A stretch of 63,525 bases of DNA, counting the filler, from Octopus bimaculoides (Eukaryota), in assembly GCF_001194135.2 (NCBI RefSeq). It is 6 parts of 6 records of this genome, joined end to end, with 100 filler letters (N's around TTAATTAATTAA, not from the genome) between each part and the next. Parts side by side here need not be neighbours in the genome. Positions count along the whole stretch, not along the records: positions 5,558 to 12,015 come from NC_069009.1; positions 12,116 to 16,997 come from NC_068997.1; positions 17,098 to 34,149 come from NC_068989.1; 3 more parts are not named here. One strand, given 5' to 3'. A program made the position numbers and the translations under genes. Every line of letters begins with the position of its first letter. Within the stretch, counting starts at the first letter, position 1. The notes under the pieces were generated by a model that was given only the letters and a program-made list of their open reading frames with translations, was not told where the DNA came from and did not search any database. Positions 10,195-23,112 of this stretch are shown in pieces.

Positions 10195-10361
10195 ATGTGT
10201 GGCAAGTAGCTTGCTTACCAACCACATGGTTCCGGTGTTCAGTCCCACTGCATGGCACCTTGGGCAAGTGTCTTCTACAATAGCCTCAGGCCGACCAAAT
10301 CCTTGTGAGTGGATTTGGTAGATGGAAACTGAAAGAAGCCTGTCGTATATATGTGTATATA

Positions 10362-10410
<49 letters not shown>
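10195..10410 (+). mobile_element. SINE family A 5' half
   Basis: Head and CORE-like region run into (TA)n and then a gap. Confidence 0.85.
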
Positions 10411-11449
10411 NNNNNNNNNNNNNNNNNNNNNNNNNNNNNNNNNNNNNNNNNNNNNNNNNNNNNNNNNNNNNNNNNNNNNNNNNNNNNNNNNNNNNNNNNN
10501 NNNNNNNNNNNNNNNNNNNNNNNNNNNNNNNNNNNNNNNNNNNNNNNNNNNNNNNNNNNNNNNNNNNNNNNNNNNNNNNNNNNNNNNNNNNNNNNNNNNN
10601 NNNNNNNNNNNNNNNNNNNNNNNNNNNNNNNNNNNNNNNNNNNNNNNNNNNNNNNNNNNNNNNNNNNNNNNNNNNNNNNNNNNNNNNNNNNNNNNNNNNN
10701 NNNNNNNNNNNNNNNNNNNNNNNNNNNNNNNNNNNNNNNNNNNNNNNNNNNNNNNNNNNNNNNNNNNNNNNNNNNNNNNNNNNNNNNNNNNNNNNNNNNN
10801 NNNNNNNNNNNNNNNNNNNNNNNNNNNNNNNNNNNNNNNNNNNNNNNNNNNNNNNNNNNNNNNNNNNNNNNNNNNNNNNNNNNNNNNNNNNNNNNNNNNN
10901 NNNNNNNNNNNNNNNNNNNNNNNNNNNNNNNNNNNNNNNNNNNNNNNNNNNNNNNNNNNNNNNNNNNNNNNNNNNNNNNNNNNNNNNNNNNNNNNNNNNN
11001 NNNNNNNNNNNNNNNNNNNNNNNNNNNNNNNNNNNNNNNNNNNNNNNNNNNNNNNNNNNNNNNNNNNNNNNNNNNNNNNNNNNNNNNNNNNNNNNNNNNN
11101 NNNNNNNNNNNNNNNNNNNNNNNNNNNNNNNNNNNNNNNNNNNNTTGTATACAAGAACAAGTACAGGTGTATGTAAATTTAGGTGTATATGTATATATGT
11201 GTGTGTATATATGTATATATGTATGTATGTGTGTGTATATGCTTGTGTGTCTGTGAGGCCACACCATAGCTATATAAAGCCTCATGCTGCTGTCCCATGA
11301 CTTTGCCATATCTTTAGCAGGGTGGCCGAATGGGGGTTATGCCTTGCCAAAGGACAACCCGTAACTATGCAGAGCATGATAGTTACCCCACGAGGTATTT
11401 TTAAAATACCCACATACCCATGATATAATAAAAAAATCGGAAGAAATAC

Positions 11450-11575
11450 CTGATCAATAAAAGATAGATGTCTCTTAATCGTAGTCTCGTATTGATCTTT
11501 CTGATGTTGAAGAAGTCTTTTCATTTCTTTTTCCGCTTCTTTGGCGTGGCGTACAGTCAGTTCTCGTTGTTGATT
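11450..11575 (-). CDS. CEP131: CEP131 coding exon B (126 nt, phase 0-0)
   Basis: TTACAG|NQQRELTVRHAKEAEKEMKRLLQHQKDQYETTIKRHLSFIDQ|GTATTT. Matches the CEP131 motif 'QQRDLT...YEATIQRHLAFIDQ'. Confidence 0.92.
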
Positions 11576-11701
11576 CTGTAACGAAAGTGTAGGAAAGACA
11601 TTAGTATGGTCACCACTCTACTGTGTCACTCTATCACTGTAGTCTGAGGTACATTTAGCCAGCTGTCATTTGCAGATGGGTGTAGCCTTATGACGTGGTA
11701 G

Positions 11702-11890
11702 TACAGGTACAACAGAAACTCAGGAAGTAAGAGTGAGAGAAAGTTGTGGTGGAAGAGTACAGCAGGGTTCGCCACCATCCCCTGCCAGAGCCTCGTGGAG
11801 CTTTAGATGTTTTCGCTCAATAAACACTCACAACGCCTGGTCTGGGAATCAAAACCATGATCCTATGACCGCGAGTCTGCTGCCCTAACT
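11702..11890 (-). mobile_element. SINE family B partial copy
   Basis: Homology to the 5' half of 2028-2416. Confidence 0.8.
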
Positions 11891-11940
11891 TGTGTTTAGT
11901 CGACAAGTTTACCAAAAACAGAAACAAAGGAACCACTAAC

Positions 11941-12015
11941 CAGGGCCTTCTGAAGAAGTTCCACTGACTGCTTCTTCTCGTCAAGCTCCAGACGCTGGGA
12001 CATGACATTGTTGGT
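11941..12015 (-). CDS. CEP131: CEP131/AZI1 coding exon A (5' end cut by assembly linker)
   Basis: Minus-strand translation TNNVMSQRLELDEKKQSVELLQKAL, then a GT donor (CTG|GTTAGT). Resembles vertebrate CEP131 '..MRLKLEVEEKKQAMLLLQRAL' as recalled. No acceptor is visible because the N-linker starts at 12016. Confidence 0.85.
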
Positions 12016-12404
12016 NNNNNNNNNNNNNNNNNNNNNNNNNNNNNNNNNNNNNNNNNNNNTTAATTAATTAANNNNNNNNNNNNNNNNNNNNNNNNNNNNN
12101 NNNNNNNNNNNNNNNATATAATGGGCTTCTTCCAGTTTCCTCCTGCCAGTTCCACTCATTAGCTTTTGATCAGCCGTGGGCTAAATTATAGGACACTTGT
12201 CCAAGCTGACACACTGTAAGACTGAACTTGGAGCCATGTGATTGGGAAACAAACTTCTTACTATGAGGCCACATTTGTGCCTAGCCATACCTGCATCTCG
12301 CTGTACATTAATAACTACAATTAATACTGCTTCTGTTGCTGTTAGTTATTTTTTAATAATCCAACTGGTTGTTACATCTAGCCAGATAGCCACCATTGAC
12401 AAGG

Positions 12405-12625
12405 CCATTCCGACAAAACTATAAAAGCTAATAAACCAGATATTATTATAAAAGATCAGACAAAAAAAATATGTTTATTAATTGACATGAGTATTCCTTG
12501 CGATCACAATGTAGCGGTGAAAGAATTTGACAAGATCAGTAAATATAAAGACTTGCTAATAGAAATTGGAAAGATGTGGCATCTCAAGGTGACTACAGTT
12601 CCAGTGATTGTAGGAGCTCTAGGAA
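12405..12625 (+). mobile_element. R4/Dong-like restriction-like endonuclease (C-terminal) fragment
   Basis: IKANKPDIIIKDQTKKICLLIDMSIPCDHNVAVKEFDKISKYKDLLIEIGKMWHLKVTTVPVIVGALG, a PD-(D/E)xK-type RLE signature. Confidence 0.8.
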
Positions 12626-14477
12626 TGAGTGTGTGTATATACATACATACACACAGACACATATACTTTTCTACTTTTTTATTCTAGGCACGAGACCCAA
12701 AATTTATTGGAGAGAGGGCTAGTCGATTAGATCGGCCCCAGTATGCAGCTGGTATTTAATTTATTGACCCTGAAAGGATGAAAGGCAAAGTCGACCTCAG
12801 CAGAATTTGAACTCAGAACATATATATATATATGTATATGTATGTATGTATGGATGGATGGATGGATAGATGGATGGATGAATGTCATATAAATATATAT
12901 ATATATATAGCTAAGCAACAATATGTATATGTGTGACGTTTCCTTGCAATGTACCATGCACTGGGATTGAACCTGCAGTCATAAAGTTGCAAAACAAATT
13001 GCTTTCTGCAACATAGTGGCTATGTCTGAGACTGTCCACTTTAATGTCATTATAAAAAGCAGCTCTTGAAATGTCTAGACATTTTTATTGCTAACAACAG
13101 AAGCTAGTAACAGACTGCAATAATAATTGAAGACTTATATCTTAGGACAGTCTTGAAAGAGTCATCTCTTAACAGTTGCAATTAGTGAAAGAAGTGACAT
13201 AGTTTAGATTGCAACAGGTGCAAAACGCTGCACTGATCATTGAAAGACAATCAATACACTCACTCACTCACATGCATGCTCAGGAACATAGGCACTCACA
13301 CATACACAATCTCTCTGATATACACAAATATACACACACACACGTGTGTGTGTATACATATATATATATGTATATATGTATANNNNNNNNNNNNNNNNNN
13401 NNNNNNNNNNNNNNNNNNNNNNNNNNNNNNNNNNNNNNNNNNNNNNNNNNNNNNNNNNNNNNNNNNNNNNNNNNNNNNNNNNNNNNNNNNNNNNNNNNNN
13501 NNNNNNNNNNNNNNNNNNNNNNNNNNNNNNNNNNNNNNNNNNNNNNNNNNNNNNNNNNNNNNNNNNNNNNNNNNNNNNNNNNNNNNNNNNNNNNNNNNNN
13601 NNNNNNNNNNNNNNNNNNNNNNNNNNNNNNNNNNNNNNNNNNNNNNNNNNNNNNNNNNNNNNNNNNNNNNNNNNNNNNNNNNNNNNNNNNNNNNNNNNNN
13701 NNNNNNNNNNNNNNNNNNNNNNNNNNNNNNNNNNNNNNNNNNNNNNNNNNNNNNNNNNNNNNNNNNNNNNNNNNNNNNNNNNNNNNNNNNNNNNNNNNNN
13801 NNNNNNNNNNNNNNNNNNNNNNNNNNNNNNNNNNNNNNNNNNNNNNNNNNNNNNNNNNNNNNNNNNNNNNNNNNNNNNNNNNNNNNNNNNNNNNNNNNNN
13901 NNNNNNNNNNNNNNNNNNNNNNNNNNNNNNNNNNNNNNNNNNNNNNNNNNNNNNNNNNNNNNNNNNNNNNNNNNNNNNNNNNNNNNNNNNNNNNNNNNNN
14001 NNNNNNNNNNNNNNNNNNNNNNNNNNNNNNNNNNNNNNNNNNNNNNNNNNNNNNNNNNNNNNNNNNNNNNNNNNNNNNNNNNNNNNNNNNNNNNNGAAAG
14101 CGGACGTTAAACGATGATGATGATGATGATATATATATACATACACACATTCACATATATACATATATATGTATGTGTATATGTGTGTATATATGTATGT
14201 ATGTATGTATATATATGCACACACACATATATACATATATATATACATGTATACACACACACACACACATTCAAAAATGCACAAATATAATGAGGAAGGT
14301 GATAGGGAGATGTGGAGGTTGTGAAATGTAATAGACAAAGCTAGATAAAAATGTCATACGGTGAGGCAGACATGTAAATGAGAAAGAAAAGGAGGGGGAA
14401 AATGAAAGGAAACTGACAAATAGATAGACAGATAAATAGACAGACTGGTTAATAGACAGAAAGATAGACAGACAGAC

Positions 14478-14542
<65 letters not shown>

Positions 14543-14602
14543 GACAGACAGATGGAAGGACAGATAGATGGGCAGACAGATGGATAGATAGATAGATAGG
14601 TA

Positions 14603-14740
14603 GATATATTTCTTTTATTAGCCACACAGGGCTCAACAAAGATGGGACAAATACAATGTAGAGGTTTTCTTTTTGGGAGGGGGAAGGGGGAAAAAGTAGC
14701 GGGGGGTGTCGATCAAAAGGGATTGTAGAAAGGAAAAAAG
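14603..14740 (-). mobile_element. 3' end of an L1/Tx1-like element abutting (GATA)n
   Basis: Minus strand ends CCCTGTGTGGCTAATAAAAGAAAT then (ATCT)n. A homologous copy at about 37350-37490 has the same junction. Confidence 0.45.
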
Positions 14741-15317
14741 GGGGAGAGAGAGAGAGGAAACCGGAACAAAAGTGACAATGACAAGAAAGAGAGAGAGAGA
14801 GGGAGGGAAAGAGAGTGAATGAGACAAAAGTAAGAGAGAGAGATAAATCTTTATAAGTTAACTTATTTCTTAAGATGTTCCTTGAGTTGTTCTCAAGAAA
14901 ATCCCTCTAATTCTTTCCTCCTTATTAATTAGCATCACCACTAATTATAAACTCCTGATTACCATTGCATTTCACATCCCGTTTCCTTTTCGATCATTAT
15001 AATTTCATTTGAGGTGAAGCATAATGAGAGATGTAACAGGCATCAGATGTCAAGAAGCTGCAATTAATGCTGTAAAACATTTCACAAAAGACAAGTGGCA
15101 TTGTTGATGGATGTTGGTCAGCTGATGTCAGATCTTTGCAGTGCCAGACACTAAGAAACAGCTGCTATTACTTTTTTTTTTTACAATCTTATTTATTTAT
15201 TTGTTGTTGTTGTTGTAGATGTTGCTTTGTTAAACTGTTCATGTAAAACAATTGTAAAAGAAAAAGACATGAGACAGCAATATATGAAAATACCACAAAC
15301 AAAAAAATTAGCTTTAT

Positions 15318-15362
<45 letters not shown>

Positions 15363-15433
15363 NNNNNNNNNNNNNNNNNNNNNNNNNNNNNNNNNNNNNN
15401 NNNNNNNNNNNNNNNNNNNNNNNNTAGCTTTAT

Positions 15434-15493
<60 letters not shown>

Positions 15494-15589
15494 TTACATA
15501 TATAGATATATTAGGTTATCAAGAAAGTTGTTGCAGAATTTTTAATTTTGGTTTTAAATTATATAAGAGATTTTTTTTTTTGTCTTCAT

Positions 15590-15903
15590 GATCCTGTCAG
15601 TGCAGGTGTCACTTAAAAAGCATCCAGTCCACACTGTAAAGTGGTTGGTGTTCAGAAGGGCATCCAGCTTTAAAAACCTTGCCAAAATGGCCTCACCTGT
15701 ACTTGTGCCATGTAAAAAGCACTAAGTCCACTATGCTGAGTGGTTGGTGCTAGGAAGGGCATCCAAATGTAAAAATCCTTCCAAAACAGTCACAAAAGTC
15801 TGATGCAGGTTTCTGCCTGGCCAGCTCTTGTCAAACTATCTCACCCATGCCGCCAGCATGGAAGGCAGACATTAAGTAATGATGATGATGATGATGATGA
15901 TGA
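15590..15903 (+). mobile_element. Repeat family D copy with internally duplicated module
   Basis: GTGGTTGGTG.T.GAAGGGCATCCA occurs twice (about 15640 and 15740); tail (GAT)n. Confidence 0.7.
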
Positions 15904-15923
15904 TACACACACACACAAACATA

Positions 15924-15979
<56 letters not shown>

Positions 15980-18900
15980 CATAGAGAGAGAGAGACCTAA
16001 TATACTTACACATGCATACACATAAATTCATACAACACACTAACATATACGTGTAATATATGCATATACACCTGCACTCACATATATATATATACACATA
16101 CACGTACATATACACACACATACATATATATGTATATATATGTGTGTGTGCGTGTATGCATAAATATATATATCTATGTATATACACACATACGCGCACA
16201 CACTCACACACACATACTACACACAAATTTATGAGTGACTAACTGGAAGACAAAGAAATTTAAATACACAGCTGGAGGACCACTTATCTATATGTCATAC
16301 AGTAGTTAATTAATAGATTCAATTATATACATAACATACACTGCTATACCTTTATACATACAATAGCATACACACACACACACACACCAACACAAACACA
16401 CACATGAGCACATATGTTCGTGTGTATGCATATGTGTGTATATGTGTATGCGTGTGAGTGAGCCTGTGTGTGCCTCGACTGAGTATGTGTGTATATGTGT
16501 GTGTCTCCACTGATCTACATATGTTGTAGCATACATACATCAATTTTACAAACTACACACACACACATACAAGCATATATACACACACAGATGTGTGTAT
16601 ATATATATATATTTCTGTGTGTGAGTGTCTGCCTATATATTTATTATGTATATATGTATATATATATATTTGTGTGCACATGTGTATAAGTATGTGTGTA
16701 TATGTATATGAATGAATGTTTGTTTGTGTGTGTGTGTGTGTGTGCGCGCGTGTAATGTAGACATGGATATATAAGCTTGCCTGTATAAACATACATTTTA
16801 AAGCTAAGATTAACATATTTCTCCTATTACAAATATCTAAAAACATAGCTACACATATTATACACACATAAGGTCAATGTAGTTATTTCTACACTCAGCT
16901 ATTGATGAATACATGCATTTATTTAAAAATTTAACAGTTGTTAACAAAAAGAAAGTACCTGTGTATATATATACACACCCAAAAGCCAAGACCCAGTNNN
17001 NNNNNNNNNNNNNNNNNNNNNNNNNNNNNNNNNNNNNNNNNTTAATTAATTAANNNNNNNNNNNNNNNNNNNNNNNNNNNNNNNNNNNNNNNNNNNNATA
17101 TATATATATATATATATACATATCTTCACTGCATATCTGCATATCTTCACTGTCGTTTTTTTCTGCTATTTTGGTGATGATTTTTTAAGTTAGCTTACCA
17201 ATTATTTTTGTTGGTAGTTAATTTATAATATATTGTTATATAAATATATATATACATATATACATGATTATTTATATTTATCAAGCTATTCAAACAGCTC
17301 AAGCGTTTATAAGGTATCAACATTGATGTTATATATATTCGATATGCAGATAGTTTTTCATATCCAACGGCAATTGTTCATTGTTGTCAGAAATCTGAGG
17401 GCTATCACATTAGGTATCCTCACGGATATGTTGTTGCATATCGTTTATCTTTTGTCTTTTCCTGATTTCAAGCGTCCATCGCCGTTCATGCTGGACAATC
17501 GACTTAAATGACTCTGGCGAACAAATTTACCTCATTTCTTATTTTTAAAGTCTGCTACATTTTCTGTCGTTTTCTTTTTCGAACAATTAAGTCACGGGGA
17601 CGTAAACAAAGCTACACCGGTTCGGTTTTCAAGTGATGGAAGGGACTAGAAACACATAAACAAAAACGCACGCGCGAAAACATAAACACCGACATACACA
17701 AACACATAACTATTCGACGTGCTTCCACACAGTTTCCACCTTCGAAATCCACTCACAAGGAAGTGGTCTGCACGGACCTATGGTACATGTTACTCTCCCA
17801 AAGTACCTCGCAAGGGAATTGAACTAGGAACTATGTGATTTCAACGTGATCATAGCGTCAATGAAAAACGATGAAAACGAATCAAACAAGAATATGGTTG
17901 GCCTCTTTTTGTCCTCGGTTACTGGTATTGCAGAGGCAGTAACTTAACACATCGGCTGTGCTGGGATGTTTCCAGATGCAAATGCCTAACTCCAAGCAGA
18001 CTCTCCAGCTTTCCACTCATGGATACGTCACGAAGGAAAGCCATGGCAATATATTCGAGGCATACATGGAGTCGTAGGGGGCACTAGATATTCACTAAGT
18101 ATAACTACACATATCTGCCTTAGGGTCCGGTCCCTTCCTCCAAAAGAATAATATAATTGATAGCTAAATAATATTTTAATAATTTGTAATTATATACTAT
18201 AGAGCGACGGCCCTGTCATCAAAGAATTAGAAACATAATACGCTTGATGGATTCACATGAGAGGCTTCAATCTCCATAATATTCTCCACAGAACAGTAGA
18301 TCGAATTACTATTGTTATTTCCCAACTTTACTTTGTGCTCCACGGTGCTGTTTTCTTTATGCAATAGTCTTCTTATTTGATTCATGATACATTTTATATA
18401 CTTTATTTTTATTCCTATTATCTACCTTACTTCCAAGTCTAAGGCATTGTATTGTCGTAGTTTTCTTTCTTCTTTATCTGTGTCTTCGTCGTGTCGTCTT
18501 TCTTTATCAGAATTTAATTTGGATCGATATAATCATCTTTGAGTTAGCAAACTGCTAGTTTCTTTCACACATTTTCTAAAAACTTCCATTGTCTCTTATT
18601 TCATTCAATATCTTTAACAGACAATTTTATGCTTTTTAATTCACATTTTCTCTCACAACGATTTTCTGATCTTTTCTTTCCTGCCCTGCTCTAATATAAC
18701 TCGTAGTCTTTTGTCCAGTATGTTGCTAAAGTAGCCTTGCCAGCTATTCATCTTAAAAATTCTATTCTTATACGCCAAAGATTCTATCTTTTAGTGTCAT
18801 TCCTTCACTTCACAATAGAGATCTATTGTCATAAAACCTTCTTTATGTCTACTACAATCATTCTCCGTAATATGTATTTATTAATTCTACGTCTTAAATC

Positions 18901-20004
18901 AAATTGAATTTTATTGAATCTTTAAAATCTTGAAACAAAATTCGGTATTTCCTTTAACAACAATGCTATTTCCGATATATATGTTATTTCGTTTCGATCA
19001 TAAAGGTTCGCAAACTACATGAAAGGATTAATCGATATTTCAGAACCAGATTTTAGATAAGTGGAATGATATTACAAAAAAAATATTTTGCTTTCATATG
19101 TACAATATTCGATATTATCTTGTCAGTTAAACCTATAGCGAAATCGTAAACAGCATTTACATCAACATCCCTTGAGAAATATATTATATAAGTTTGTTCA
19201 TGAAAAATGTAGGTTCTCTTAAATATTCTATTCATAAAAGAGAGGAGAGATAATTTCCTCTGGTATTAAGTGATGAAATAACTGATAGACGTCCTAGAGC
19301 AAGTAGTCCCTTCCTTTTATTTCTAAATTCGAGACCTATCTAATACTGTTCCTGCAAAATCAGAACTCCTAACTTATCCATGCATGACTATACAATGTTA
19401 TCGACTTTACTTTTAAATCTAACTTTTCAATGGTGCTCAGGGCATTCAATTGTATATCACAGGAATTGTGGAATAAGTTCTTAACAAAAGGTAGAGTTCC
19501 ATGGCCAAAACAGAAGTTCATAGACAGAAAATACAGCTTCCTATTCGCTTTATGGCTGAAAACATAATTCTTCATGTATGCATTTTGACGTTACTTACAG
19601 TTCACAATTTCCTTTTTACTCTTCTGTAAAAATCTGACATCACGTGCATATGAAACTTATAGCGGGTTCAATGGATACTTGCTGCGTAAAAACAGAGCTA
19701 AACTCTTCGCGTTCGTTTAATGTGATGGACAGAAACCAACCTTCAACCAAAGGTGAAGTTAAAGTAAAGACAGACCTGTTGTTAATACTTACAACACTGC
19801 CGCTGCTCATGAGAGAGGGTCTTATGATATTCACTGGTAAAAGAGAGGACAACTACATGATCAGTCCACATCCTAGAAATAGCAGCCAATTTTTCTTCTA
19901 ACTAGTACCAACATTCTTGAAAAAGGAAGGATGTATTGAACAATGTATTCCTTGATACTCTTTAAAAGGCGAGACGGTCTTATATGAAATGCCAATGATA
20001 CACT

Positions 20005-20036
<32 letters not shown>

Positions 20037-20289
20037 CAACAGGCTTCTTTCAGTTTCTATCTACCATATCCACTCACAAAGCTTTCGTCGGCCCAAGGCT
20101 ATAGTAGAAGACACTTGCCCAAGGTCTCACGCAGTGGGACTGGATCCAGAATCATGTGGTTGGGAAGAAAGCTTCTTACCCTACAGTCACGCCTGAGGAG
20201 TTACTCATAAGTAGTTAAGGGAAATAATTATTGACTCAGCGTAGAAACGACGGTTCTGGCGAGTTTCTTATAAAGAGAACGCTCTGTAA

Positions 20290-20560
20290 CTTCATCGTCG
20301 TCATGTACCGTACGCTTGTAGCCATCGATGACTCTCTTGTCCAACCAGATCGTGATATTGTTCATCCATTTCCTTTTTGCGCCTCTTGATCTATAACCCT
20401 ATAGTCTTCTTTACCTGATAATGTTTACCAGACTTACGCTTCTTCGAATATGGCCATAATAGATTTTCAAGCGTTGTTGTCTATCGCACACTTGCTGTAA
20501 CACCCATTCACTCGTCTGATGGTCCTTCTAAGAGACACTTCTTTAACTATGTAATAAACT
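20290..20560 (-). mobile_element. RTE-like ORF C-terminal remnant
   Basis: Minus strand: GK..GYRSRGAKRKWMNNITIW resembles the RTE C-terminal 'G.R.RGR.RK.W.DNI..W'. Confidence 0.5.
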
Positions 20561-22478
20561 CTTTTAGAGGATCGCTTTTTTCCCTATTGGCAACATACAA
20601 AATGATTACACTTGTCAAGTACAAAATAAAAGGGCAAAAAAATATAGTAAACAAGAGAACGCAAAATATAGTTTTATTCACTAGGTTTATAGTGTAAGAG
20701 GAAACAAAAAAAGTGACCCCGTCATTTCCGACCGTTCTTCATTGACATAAAAAAGAGACTAAAATTTGAAGCACATACTCTTATTGTTATATTACAGCAT
20801 AAAACCAATATCTATATATGGCGTATGACTGTTCGCATCATTACCCTTGTTTTATTTTATTCCTGATAGTTCTTTTACTTGGAATATTACGATTCTGAAG
20901 CGGACATCTTGATTACCAGCTGATACATAAATTCTAAATTATAAGAAGCCATTATTATTATCGTTATAATCAAATTACGACGAGGTCGATTTTGCCTTTC
21001 CTCCTTTCGGGTCGATAATATAAGTACCAGCACGTACTGGGGTCGATTTAATCGACTATCCCCGCCCCCAAATTTCAGGTTTTGTGCTCATAGTGGAATG
21101 AATTATTATTATCGTTATTATTGTCATTGCTTTTAAGGCAGCGAGCTGGCAGAATCGTTAGCACACCTGGTAAAATGCTTAGCGGCATTTCATATGTCTG
21201 TACTTTCTGAGTTCAAATTCAGCCGAGGTCGAACTTACCTTTCACCCCTTAGGTGTTGTTGTGATTGTCACCCCCATACTCCATAATTTCAAGCCTTATA
21301 ACTCTTATAGAAAGATTATTCTCAATTAGCTTGCTTTTCTACAGTTGATATCTAGAGAGATGTGCACCATCGGATTTGTATTTGTCTCTTTTGTGACTCC
21401 ATAATCAAGTGGTTCGGTAAAAGAGCCATTAGTATAATTAACAGATTTAAAATATTCGCTGCTATCGATTTGTTCAACTAATCCATTCAAAACGATACCC
21501 CAGCATAGAAAATACATAAACAAATAAAAGAAAAGTGTAATGCCGTTGGGAATGCTTTAGAATATCAGACTTCATCTTATAAGAAAAATAAATCTAACAA
21601 CATATTTTATAATTATTTGTAAATTTGAATCTGAATGGATAAAATCACGAAAGGGTTAAATATTTTACTCAAGGATTCCTTATAACATCGGTGACGGAAT
21701 AAAAGCAGCAGTTTTTTTGGTAAATACACTGATAACTTATCAGTTTGCTACAACATGAATTAAGATAAGTGCCGGTATTAATATCAGTCCCTTGGCAATT
21801 TCAATCCAGTTTAAGGCAAACCAGATGTAAACTTTCAAACTCACTAAAAATGCGTTTTAAATCAACTACAATAACGGCATGGAAACGCCATTGTCATGTC
21901 AAGTGAAGGAACCACAGTGTAAGAAATAATCTCCTAGCAATCTAAATATATGATACGATTAATCGTGAATATGCTGCACAAGTACATAGGGAAGGCACTA
22001 GCGTCTCACTTCACTTTCCTATCAAAATTGAATTTTGGATTTGGGGACCTACTAAAAAGGAAACGCTATCACAATGGTGATTGTTGTTTAGATCATAAAC
22101 TGGGTCTGTACTTAAGATAAGCTTACTCGTTTCCCTATTTAGTTGGCTATAAATATCATCTATTATGTGTTGTTATCAACCTTTGCGAATAATGTGATTT
22201 GCACGTCTGTCTGCATATCTTCCTGGTTTACAGACAAGAAAAATCACTCACACAAAAGAAACAGGTGTAAGACGCTTTCAACATACAAAAATACCACAAA
22301 TTTACGACGAATAAACATTCATAAATACATTCTTATGTTTTAGTTATACTAATAAATGATAACTTGTGTGCGTTTGTTAACATGGCTTCCTCGTTCATAC
22401 GCGAGAATACTAATATATACACACATACATTCACATACTTATACACACAAATGCACACAGACACATGCATATATATAA

Positions 22479-22511
<33 letters not shown>

Positions 22512-22570
22512 CATGCATATATGGGTACAGGACATCATCAAACATTAAACAACATGAGAGAGAGAGAGAA

Positions 22571-22571
<1 letters not shown>

Positions 22572-22657
<86 letters not shown>
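22572..22657. repeat. (GATA)n microsatellite
   Basis: Direct reading. Others at about 14480-14600, 27295-27355, 32147-32221, 34090-34149, 37525-37585 and 55995-56075. Confidence 0.95.
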
Positions 22658-22659
<2 letters not shown>

Positions 22660-23112
22660 ACGGTAGGTATACGTGATTTTGACGTAGATCTACATTGTTG
22701 CATGTTTCCAGGATACAAATAACACGTCCCCAGATACAAATGGTCGACGTCTCTGCAATGGATTTAAATCACAAACTGTTATGACACATATCGTTTATCT
22801 TTTACTTGTTTCAGTCATTTGACTGCGGCCATGCATGTGTATCATTGAACATTATGACTGCTACTTCAAGTTTCACCGAATGACTTGTTTAGCCAGTCGT
22901 TAGGCGAGACTTAAATTCCCTGTTAGAATTAACTATTAGTGATTTTGACATTAATTCCCGTACTGAATAACCCTTCGCTTAGCAGTAAATCCTACGCTAA
23001 GATTCTTAAATCTCCTTTAAAATGATGCTTCTCGTAGCAGTAGTTCGATGTGTGCGCAGACATATGTGCACGTGTGTGTGTGTATGTCCGTGTCTGTGTG
23101 TGNNNNNNNNNN

